NCBI GenBank assembly: GCA_042217555.1
Contig: JBDGSL010000049.1
Span: forward strand, 1-10,461
DNA: 10,461 nucleotides
Direction of reading: 5' to 3'
Source: Candidatus Nanohalobium sp.
GTDB taxonomy: Archaea > Nanohalarchaeota > Nanosalinia > Nanosalinales > Nanosalinaceae
Notes under the pieces: model-generated
The model's database searches: none
Seen by the model: only the letters and a program-made list of their open reading frames with translations
What the model was told of the DNA's origin: nothing
Program-made: the position numbers and the translations under genes
In this document: one piece after another, positions 1-6,369 of the stretch
Layout of the letters: every line of letters starts with the position of its first letter
Position numbering within the stretch: position 1 is the first letter of the stretch

Positions 1-529
1 ATCGCCTGTTATCGGGTGATCAGGGTCGTCGATTATCCTGAAGGCGACAAAGTCCCTCACCGCCGGGTTCTTGTGGCTCATGTCAGTCTTGATCTTCAAG
101 GTGGCTTCTCCCTCAGGGATTTTTTCCGAAAAGCTCTGTCCAGAAGATTCTCCAGCAGAATCTTCGTCTTCAACGCCTCCATCTTTCATGCCTTCCCAGA
201 GCTTCATGTTCTCCTCCACGCTCTGGTCTCTGTGCGGGCAGGGTTCGCCTTCCTTCCTGTACTTTTGCCCGGCCTCCTGTGAACACTGGCAGATGTAGGC
301 CTTCTCTTTCTCGATAAGTTTCTCTGCGTATTCGATGTAGGTATCGAAGTTTTTCGAGCTGTAACGTACCTCGTCCGGCTTGTAGCCGAGCCAGCTGTGT
401 GACTTCTCCCTTGTCTTCAAACTCCTCTTCTGCGAATATTTTTCCGATAACTGCTCCAGGATTGCAGCTTCCTCCATGTTCCACAGCGTTCTTCAAACCG
501 TATTTCCGGGCTATCTCCTCAAGTTCCAT
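1..529 (-). pseudogene. gltX: Glutamate--tRNA ligase (archaeal type), 5' part, runs off the window; internal deletion plus frameshift at about 394-400
   Basis: 529->401 reads MELEEIARKYGLKNAVEHGGSCNPGAVIGKIFAEEEFEDKGEV, an archaeal GluRS N-terminal extension. The +1 frame from 396 to 1 reads SWLGYKPDEVRYSSKNFDTYIEYAEKLIEKEKAYICQCSQE...CPHRDQSVEENMKLWEGM...LKIKTDMSHKNPAVRDFVAFRIIDDPDHPITGD, the mid catalytic domain. The RFAPNP/HIGH/RxDDTD segment that normally lies between them is absent. Gene identity is secure; pseudogene versus assembly artefact is not. Confidence 0.9.
143..165. repeat. 23-bp palindrome (9-bp stem, 5-nt loop) inside an in-frame insertion in gltX
   Basis: Plus strand GAAGATTCT-CCAGC-AGAATCTTC. 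It encodes EDSAGESS on the minus strand and is 19/23 identical to the hairpin at 5576-5598. Confidence 0.8.
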
Positions 530-551
530 GAAAAAATCCTTGGAGAAAAAT

Positions 552-560
552 TTCTATAAA
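552..560 (-). promoter_or_regulatory. Putative TATA box for gltX
   Basis: Minus strand reads TTTTATAGAAA about 25-30 nt upstream of the ATG at 529. Confidence 0.5.
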
Positions 561-571
561 ACGAACGGAGT

Positions 572-617
572 AACCTGTTTTCCACGAGGTATTTATCCTG
601 TTATCGTGGAGCAGGTT
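572..617. other. Imperfect stem-loop between the mscS stop and the gltX promoter (possible terminator or stability element)
   Basis: AACCTG(572-577)/CAGGTT(612-617) and TCCACGA(581-587)/TCGTGGA(604-610) pair around a 16-nt loop. Confidence 0.45.
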
Positions 618-633
618 CTGAGGTTTTCTAAGT

Positions 634-1137
634 TTACTGAGAATCTTTAATCCTTGTCCATTTCTTTTCGACGTCGGAGTTGCTGAGGACTCGTGTGTCT
701 CCGTTTTCAAGCTTTAATCTGGATTTTTTCAGTCCTACTTCTTTTACCTCTCCTTTTGATCCGTCTACTTCTACTGTGTCGCCTGTGTTGAAGTCCGGGT
801 CTTTTGCTAGGTATAGCCCTGCTACTGTGTCGGATAGGACATCTTTCAACGCTAGAGATACTCCGAGCGCCACGAAACCTGCGGCTGTTCCCAGTGCTGC
901 AGCGATTTCGCTGAATCCAAGTATGCTCAGGGTTATCAGGGTCGCGGAGAACCACATGATTCCTCTGGCCGTGTTTTCGGCCAGATCCCGGATAGTCACC
1001 TCCTTGAACCGGTAGGATGCAGCCTTCCTTACTGAGGCCGCGGCGTAATGTATGAATGCTCCTGAGATCAGGAGGAAGACTGCGGCGGAAACAATGTTTA
1101 CAAGGACTTTACCGGCCAGAGCAGAGTATGGGATTAT
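634..1137 (-). CDS. mscS: Small-conductance mechanosensitive channel (MscS family), short form; start uncertain
   Basis: The signature GFVALGVSLALKDVLSDTVAGLYLAKDPDFNTGDTVEVDGSKGEVKEVGLKKSRL...NGDTRVLSNSDV matches MscS TM3 plus the beta domain. The ORF track starts at GTG 999, but the frame is open to 1143 and adds a hydrophobic helix (VLVNIVSAAVFLLISGAFIHYAAA). The 5'-most near-cognate codon is ATA at 1137. Confidence 0.88.
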   Translation of the reverse strand: MIPYSALAGKVLVNIVSAAVFLLISGAFIHYAAASVRKAASYRFKEVTIRDLAENTARGIMWFSATLITLSILGFSEIAAALGTAAGFVALGVSLALKDVLSDTVAGLYLAKDPDFNTGDTVEVDGSKGEVKEVGLKKSRLKLENGDTRVLSNSDVEKKWTRIKDSQ

Positions 1138-1197
1138 ACAGGATTAGACGTGTCAAGGTTTTTTACCTCTACTCCTGCTTGTTCAAAAATATAGAGG

Positions 1198-2475
1198 ATG
1201 GAAAGATACGAGTATCTTACGGTAGGTTTTATAGCGGTGATTGCGGTCTTAACAGGCTTGCTTAGTACTTCTCAGCCTTTACTGTCTTTCCTGGTTTCAA
1301 ACAGTTTTGAAGCAGGTTATACTGCGGTTTACATGGTGTGGATCACCTGGTGGGCTTTGGTTCTCGGTTTTTCTATCGCTGGAGCTGTAGAGGCCTGGGT
1401 GCCTGAACGAAAGGTATCGAAAAGGCTTGAAGGCGAGGGATTTACTTCTCTAGGTACTGCTGCTTTCCTGGGTTTTGTTTCCAGTTCCTGTTCTTACAGC
1501 GCTATCGCTACGGCCAAGAACCTGTTTAAGAAAGGTGGTTCGGCAGCTGCCTCGCTTGGAGCTTTCATGTTTGCTTCGACCAACCTGGTGATAGAGATAG
1601 GTCTTGTTATCTACATCTTGCTGGGGTGGCAGTTCCTGGTAGCGAACTTTGTCGGAGGACTGCTCCTCATACTTCTGATGGGTCTTGGTTTCCGATTCCT
1701 TGTCCCTGACAAAGTCATAGAGAAGGCTAGAGAACATGCGTCCTCAGGTAAGGAGCTGGTCGTTGATCCTGTCTGTGGCATGGATGTAGATCCCGACGAA
1801 TCAGATCACGTTGAAGACGTGAAAGGTGAGACGTTCTACTTCTGCTCAAAGTCATGTAGTGAAAGCTTCGACCCGGAGGATGTCGAAGTAGGCGTCAGGG
1901 AGAACATAACCGGTTTGAAGGGCTGGAAGAAGCTTGCTGACAAACAGTGGAAAGAATGGAGTATGCTGTACGAAGACATAGCAGCAGGGTTCATACTCGC
2001 CGGTATAATCGGAGCGTTCGTACCGCAGCAGATCTGGACTTCTCTGCTTGGTGGCCAGTACCTCTCGCTACCTGTTTTACTCCTGTGGTCTGCTATCGTC
2101 GGCACAGTTATCGGAGTAGCCACGTTCGTTTGCTCAGTAGGAAACGTCCCGTTCGGTGCAGTTCTCTGGAGCAAAGGCTTTCCTTTCGGCTCTATACTCT
2201 CATATATCTACGCAGACCTGATTGTTCTTCCAATAATGAAAGCCTACAAAGACTACTACGGTAAAAAGTTTGCAGCTCTGCTTTCAGCCATGATATTCGC
2301 CGCAGCAGTCGTTGTCGGCGTCCTCACACACCTTATCTTCCTCTCAACCGGCTTCATACCAGAACCGTCAACTGTAGAAATCACAGGCCAAACCATTAAA
2401 TGGGGCTACAAAGCCATCCTCAATATTATCTTCACAGCAGTATTCATAGCCCTCTACTACCTTCACAGGAACTGA
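1198..2475 (+). CDS. DUF318/COG0701 (ArsP-like) permease with an internal YHS metal-binding domain
   Basis: Multi-pass membrane protein with SSCSYSAIA and TFVCSVGNVP motifs in its two halves. The central loop DPVCGMDVDP...GETFYFCSKSCSESF is a YHS/TRASH domain. Confidence 0.88.
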   Translation: MERYEYLTVGFIAVIAVLTGLLSTSQPLLSFLVSNSFEAGYTAVYMVWITWWALVLGFSIAGAVEAWVPERKVSKRLEGEGFTSLGTAAFLGFVSSSCSYSAIATAKNLFKKGGSAAASLGAFMFASTNLVIEIGLVIYILLGWQFLVANFVGGLLLILLMGLGFRFLVPDKVIEKAREHASSGKELVVDPVCGMDVDPDESDHVEDVKGETFYFCSKSCSESFDPEDVEVGVRENITGLKGWKKLADKQWKEWSMLYEDIAAGFILAGIIGAFVPQQIWTSLLGGQYLSLPVLLLWSAIVGTVIGVATFVCSVGNVPFGAVLWSKGFPFGSILSYIYADLIVLPIMKAYKDYYGKKFAALLSAMIFAAAVVVGVLTHLIFLSTGFIPEPSTVEITGQTIKWGYKAILNIIFTAVFIALYYLHRN

Positions 2476-2480
2476 TAAAG

Positions 2481-2576
2481 ATGGTGCTGATACCTTTACC
2501 AATCGGTTTCAGAGAAGCAGTTCTTCTATCAGCAGCATCCATCGCCATCTACTACTGGAGAAAGAAAAATATTTAA
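2481..2576 (+). CDS. Putative 31-aa single-pass membrane microprotein (not in the ORF track)
   Basis: ATG lies 5 nt after the permease stop. MVLIPLPIGFREAVLLSAASIAIYYWRKKNI* has a hydrophobic stretch, aromatic interface residues and a basic tail. Confidence 0.4.
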   Translation: MVLIPLPIGFREAVLLSAASIAIYYWRKKNI

Positions 2577-2599
2577 CCTGGAAACCAGTAAAAACCGTT

Positions 2600-2782
2600 A
2601 TGGAGATAGACGACTGGAAAGACGAACTTACCAGTGGAGCAGTAAGCACCGTAATCGCACTTGCAGCAACCTACGCAGTATCTCTCGCAGTCCCCACACA
2701 GGACCTGCAGTGGGCACTGACAGCAGTAGGATTCGCAAGCTTCTTCTCAGGGTTCTTCGGAGCACATTTCTCTGGGGAATAA
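2600..2782 (+). CDS. Small two-helix membrane protein, unknown function
   Basis: 60 aa with two hydrophobic segments. An A-rich BRE plus TATTTAAC lies about 30 nt upstream (2565-2577). Confidence 0.75.
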   Translation: MEIDDWKDELTSGAVSTVIALAATYAVSLAVPTQDLQWALTAVGFASFFSGFFGAHFSGE

Positions 2783-2900
2783 AACCTGTACTTTTTTATC
2801 CGTCCAAGGCCGAAGAAAATTAGTACCACTACCTCTCCAGCACCAACCCGCATCCCCAGATCTCTTACAAAATATTTGAAACTGTACACCTCTGTCATTA

Positions 2901-3095
2901 TTAATCTTCCAAACTGAAGATTTCTTCAACACTTGTTTCGAAGTATTCTGCCAGTTTCAGGGCAAGTTCCAGGCTTGGGTCGTATTTTCCTGTTTCTATG
3001 GCGTTGATTGTCTGTCTTGAGACATCCATTTCTTTGGCTAGTTCTTTCTGGGTTATGTCTTTCTTGGCTCTGAATACTTTCAACTCATTCTTCAT
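2901..3095 (-). CDS. XRE/Cro-C1 family helix-turn-helix transcriptional regulator (COG1476-like)
   Basis: [60 protein letters not shown] is a classic HTH_3 pattern. ATG 3095 overlaps the upstream TGA (TGATG), with GGAGG just upstream. Confidence 0.95.
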   Translation of the reverse strand: MKNELKVFRAKKDITQKELAKEMDVSRQTINAIETGKYDPSLELALKLAEYFETSVEEIFSLED

Positions 3096-3547
3096 CAATC
3101 CAGCCTCCAGAACTTTGAGTCGATTCCGAACTTTATGTAGTATGCCCTGAAACCCATGTAAAGCACGAAGATATACCCTATGAAGAGGCCTGGAGCTGCC
3201 GTAATTATCTGTTCTCTACTGCCGGGCAATGTACTTAGGTCGATTCCGAACATCATGTGTGCGATGAATGAAAGCATTCCAAGGTTGAATACAGTCCAGA
3301 AGCTGGATGCTGCGGCATGAGTATTAACCTTCTTCATCCTCTCATCGTTCACAGGATCATCCCGCAGAACCCGTTTCACATTCATCCAGGCAAGGAAACC
3401 GAACAGGCCTGAGAGAATCAGTGCTGCAACACCTAATTTCCAACGACCAGCGTAAAACATGACTATGGGGGCCAGAAGTATTAATGGAAGTATCAGGGAT
3501 GCAACTCCCAACCTCATGATGTTGGCAAATTCTTTTGCATCACTCAT
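3095..3547 (-). CDS. DUF2178-like membrane protein, paralogue 5
   Basis: Four hydrophobic segments with central [20 protein letters not shown] overlap with the upstream gene. Confidence 0.8.
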   Translation of the reverse strand: MSDAKEFANIMRLGVASLILPLILLAPIVMFYAGRWKLGVAALILSGLFGFLAWMNVKRVLRDDPVNDERMKKVNTHAAASSFWTVFNLGMLSFIAHMMFGIDLSTLPGSREQIITAAPGLFIGYIFVLYMGFRAYYIKFGIDSKFWRLD

Positions 3548-3987
3548 TCTTCATCGCCTAGGATTATTTCTTTGATGTTTCTCTGGGTTCCAAAATGGTT
3601 GTACCATATCTGTGCTACGGCAAATATTGTTGCGCCGACCGGGGCGATAATCAAATCGTCATAGAATGTGAGGAACCCAGGTTCGCTTACGATCCGGCTT
3701 ATCTTCGCCGCCCCTCCGACTAGGATAGCGGTTAACAGTGTTGCGAAGAATGCGATAAACCCTGATTTTCTCCCTACCTGTGTAGACCTTTCATCGTTGA
3801 TTTCCTGTCCCATCTGGATTTCTTTCCAGAATCTGTGGACATTTGGAAGTGTTAATACAGCTACAATCACCATGATAGCTGCTCCACGAGGATAACCCTG
3901 CGAAAACTGTACAAAAGCCAATAATATGAAAATTAGAGGCGCTAAAACTATGTAACCCCATTTGACCGAGTCAGGAACATCACTCAC
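3544..3987 (-). CDS. DUF2178-like membrane protein, paralogue 4
   Basis: Four hydrophobic segments with central DERSTQVGRKSGFIAF. GTGA overlap with the upstream gene. Confidence 0.8.
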   Translation of the reverse strand: MSDVPDSVKWGYIVLAPLIFILLAFVQFSQGYPRGAAIMVIVAVLTLPNVHRFWKEIQMGQEINDERSTQVGRKSGFIAFFATLLTAILVGGAAKISRIVSEPGFLTFYDDLIIAPVGATIFAVAQIWYNHFGTQRNIKEIILGDEE

Positions 3988-4370
3988 CAGAAATCATCCC
4001 CATACTTATGATACAGATTTGAGACTGAGAAATAGATCAGCCAAGTCCACAGCCCCATAATTGCCGTTTCACGAACCAGATTGGCATCTATCTCGACCCC
4101 TGTAGTACCCATCGGAATCATCAACAAAGATACAACCACAAAAGCCCAAGCCATACCATTAGTCACAACTTTCTTCTTCCGCTCATCAAACAAGTTTTCA
4201 TCCCTGTAAAAACTCCATAAATTCAGTAGCACCGTGAGCCCAGTTGAGATACCGATGATCTCTACAAAGTTCAGATAAATCTCCCAGTTCGGCATCAACG
4301 AAAACAGGAACAAAGCTATGTAGGTGAACCATAAAGCGTTCATCCGGGCGGAAACTAGTTTTTCCCTCAT
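3984..4370 (-). CDS. DUF2178-like membrane protein, paralogue 3
   Basis: Four hydrophobic segments with central DERKKKVVTNGMAWAF, ending YHKYGDDFW. ATGA overlap with the upstream gene. Confidence 0.8.
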   Translation of the reverse strand: MREKLVSARMNALWFTYIALFLFSLMPNWEIYLNFVEIIGISTGLTVLLNLWSFYRDENLFDERKKKVVTNGMAWAFVVVSLLMIPMGTTGVEIDANLVRETAIMGLWTWLIYFSVSNLYHKYGDDFW

Positions 4371-4759
4371 GGGAAAATATCACTCGGTTTTTCTAGGAAC
4401 TGCAAGGCCTGTAAAATCAGTGAAGCCATAACTATTGCAGTGACTGCAACAATCTCCTCACCGGGTGAAAGAACAGGCTTAGTAAAGGCCTGATAACCCG
4501 TCAATGCTGTAAAAGCTATGAAACCATGTACCATCGAGTTGTCAAGAATCTTCCTGTTCAGTTCGTCAAATCTAGGGTTCTTTCCTTTCCTGGTCTGTAT
4601 AACTGCTCCGATGTTAGCTCCTAAAACAGCACCTATGACTATACCTATAGTAGGCTCTGTCTGCTGTAGCAAGAATTTGTGAGCGCCCAGTGCACCTCCA
4701 AAAGCTCCAAAGGAGTAGAGCAGGTTCTGACGCCAAGAAAACCATTCAGGAAGCTTCAC
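4367..4759 (-). CDS. DUF2178-like membrane protein, paralogue 2
   Basis: Four hydrophobic segments with central FDELNRKILDNSMVHGF (a DER variant). GTGA overlap with the upstream gene. Confidence 0.72.
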   Translation of the reverse strand: MKLPEWFSWRQNLLYSFGAFGGALGAHKFLLQQTEPTIGIVIGAVLGANIGAVIQTRKGKNPRFDELNRKILDNSMVHGFIAFTALTGYQAFTKPVLSPGEEIVAVTAIVMASLILQALQFLEKPSDIFP

Positions 4760-5142
4760 AAAAACTCGCCCCCATACTTATGATAGGTCTGCTTCAGGAC
4801 CAAAGCCCCCATGAAAACTGCAAAACTGTATCTTGCGAGCTGGTAGGTTGTAAATCCTGTATCAAGGCCTAGATTCATCGAGGCGATGAAAATCGCTGCA
4901 AAAACTCCGTAAACTGCCGAATCAGTGATTTCCTGCATCTCTCTTTCATCTACTATACCACATGTTCCAAAGTAACCGAAGTAAGTCAGAAAATTGAAAC
5001 CAATCACTCCCAGAGTTGAGATACCAAAGAGTTGAACTGCAGAGTATTCAAAACCAAGTAAAAAACCAAACCCCTGGATTATCATAAAATAGACTAAAGA
5101 GGCCTTGAAAGGCATAAAACCGTATTCGGACAGCGATTTCAT
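4756..5142 (-). CDS. DUF2178-like membrane protein, paralogue 1 (first gene of the operon)
   Basis: Four hydrophobic segments with central DEREMQEITDSAVYGVF, ending YHKYGGEFL. Leaderless-style start about 30 nt after a TATA box. Confidence 0.78.
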   Translation of the reverse strand: MKSLSEYGFMPFKASLVYFMIIQGFGFLLGFEYSAVQLFGISTLGVIGFNFLTYFGYFGTCGIVDEREMQEITDSAVYGVFAAIFIASMNLGLDTGFTTYQLARYSFAVFMGALVLKQTYHKYGGEFL

Positions 5143-5180
5143 GTAAAGAATACTTTACTTAAAGTCTTATAAACTTTACC
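5143..5180 (-). promoter_or_regulatory. Operon promoter with palindromic operator(s), probable binding site of the XRE regulator
   Basis: Minus strand GGTAAAG-TTTATAAG-ACTTTAA-GTAAAG-TATT-CTTTAC-ATG. A perfect GTAAAG-N4-CTTTAC (5143-5158) abuts the start codon. A second inverted repeat, TAAAGT-N7-ACTTTA (5160-5178), brackets the TATA box (5166-5173). Confidence 0.8.
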
Positions 5181-5204
5181 TCTCTGGTTTTGGTTCCGTT
5201 CCAA

Positions 5205-5216
5205 CGAATATATACC
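5205..5216 (+). promoter_or_regulatory. BRE/TATA promoter for nth
   Basis: CGAA-TATATACC about 30 nt upstream of ATG 5240. Confidence 0.55.
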
Positions 5217-5239
5217 ATTACGCCATACACACCAGAAAC

Positions 5240-6022
5240 ATGGAAATAGACAACTCGGAACAAAGAATCAGAAACATACACCAGGACCTACTGGATGTAT
5301 ACGGAGAACAGAACTGGCACGACAACGACGACGGCGTCAGACACCTTCTGATAACGATACTCTCACAGAATGTCGCAGACGAAAACACAGCAAGAGCAGC
5401 AGAAAACCTGTTCAACGACTTCAAAAACTACAGAAAAATAGAAAACGCATCAGTGGACGAACTCGCAGATTCCATAAATCCCGCAGGACTGCCACAGACC
5501 AAGGCCCAGAGAATCCAGAGAACACTGAAAGCACTGAGAGAATACCGAAACTCCGAAGGAGTTTCTGGAGCACCAGAAAATTCTGATGAAGAATTTTCGG
5601 AGGATGGAGAAGAAAATGATTATTCTGTCGACTTCCTCGGCGAGATGGAGGATTCAGATGCGCAGGCATGGCTTGAAGAGATCAAAGGCATCGGACCGAA
5701 AACCGCATCCGTACTACTCAACTTTCACTTCAACGCGGATGTGATGCCGGTCGACACGCATGTAGAGAGGATCGCCAAACGGTTCAGGCTCATACCTTTC
5801 TCAGCGTCAAACAGAAAAGCCCACGAACTGCTGAATGAGGCCGTACCGCACGACATCAAGAACAGCTTCCACATGCTTGTAATCGAACACGGGAAAAACA
5901 ACTGCACAGCCAGAAACCCGACTTGCGAAGAGACGAAGCTGAAGAAGTACTGCTCTAGGTACGAACTGGTGGAAAACGGTGATTTAACGCCTGAAGAATA
6001 TCCTCCGGAGGAGATGAAATAG
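5240..6022 (+). CDS. nth: Endonuclease III-family (HhH-GPD) DNA glycosylase/AP lyase
   Basis: LLITILSQNVADENT, HhH motif LEEIKGIGPKTA (catalytic Lys), MPVDTHVERIAKR (catalytic Asp), and C-terminal HGKNNCTARNPTC. Confidence 0.93.
   Translation: MEIDNSEQRIRNIHQDLLDVYGEQNWHDNDDGVRHLLITILSQNVADENTARAAENLFNDFKNYRKIENASVDELADSINPAGLPQTKAQRIQRTLKALREYRNSEGVSGAPENSDEEFSEDGEENDYSVDFLGEMEDSDAQAWLEEIKGIGPKTASVLLNFHFNADVMPVDTHVERIAKRFRLIPFSASNRKAHELLNEAVPHDIKNSFHMLVIEHGKNNCTARNPTCEETKLKKYCSRYELVENGDLTPEEYPPEEMK
5547..5598. repeat. Cluster of overlapping hairpins forming an in-frame acidic insertion in nth
   Basis: GAAACTCC-GAA-GGAGTTTC (5547-5565), TTTCTGG-AGCA-CCAGAAA (5562-5579) and GAAAATTCT-GATGA-AGAATTTTC (5576-5598). 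The region encodes RNSEGVSGAPENSDEEFS. Confidence 0.8.
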
Positions 6023-6345
6023 TATCTGGCAGACGCGGTGGAGAACCGGTCATCAGTAAAAAAGTTTCACAGATGAAGAAGTAGAAGAGAAGAAACTGGA
6101 GAAGATCTTCGAGTTAACGACGAAGGCCCCGACCGCTTTCAACCTTCAGCCTTACAGGTTCATCGTCTTGGATTCGGAGGACGGAGGAGGCGATGGAGAA
6201 AGCCATAAGTTCGGTTATACCGTTCAACGGCTGGATACGGTACGCCGACAAGATTGTAGTCCTGGTTGGAGACGAGGAAATAGATGTGAACGCCGACCAG
6301 GTGCTGGAGCATAAACTGGAGGAGAGAGGGAAAAGAGATTTTTGA
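6023..6345 (+). pseudogene. Nitroreductase-family pseudogene (two frameshifts, 3'-truncated)
   Basis: Stitched frames read YLADAVENRSSVKKF / TDEEVEEKKLEKIFELTTKAPTAFNLQPYRFIVLDSE / EAMEKAISSVIPFNGWIRYADKIVVLVGDEEIDVNAD..., matching the RxSxRxF and APSxxNxQPWxF motifs. There is one extra base at about 6065-6068 and a 7-bp tandem duplication CGGAGGA at 6175-6188. The frame stops at 6343-6345 after roughly 105 codons. Confidence 0.88.
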
Positions 6346-6369
6346 GGTTAGGTAATTGAGTTTAGCTTT

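Noticed and set aside
170..400. C-terminal part of the 119-aa ORF 170..529 as a real protein
   Set aside because: After residue ~43 it is the out-of-frame reading of gltX; the GluRS sequence is in the +1 frame. A programmed frameshift was also rejected, because it would not restore the missing HIGH region.
1133..1156. Perfect bacterial TTGACA and TATAAT hexamers on the minus strand upstream of mscS
   Set aside because: The spacing is 12 nt rather than about 17, and the context is archaeal. Treated as coincidence.
2671..2898. ORF starting 2 nt after the HTH stop; VRDLGMRVGAGEVVVLI faintly resembles the start of an ABC ATPase
   Set aside because: No Walker A motif follows, and the ORF runs antisense into the better-supported 2600..2782 gene. 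At most an unprovable remnant.
3119..3251. 13-bp direct repeat GTCGATTCCGAAC 120 bp apart
   Set aside because: Only two copies, both encoding FGID within one gene. Not a CRISPR or a mobile-element end.
6014..6076. Amber read-through (pyrrolysine) fusing nth to the nitroreductase
   Set aside because: The frames are continuous across the TAG, but the downstream gene is frameshifted within 15 codons and truncated, and there is no pyl evidence in the window.
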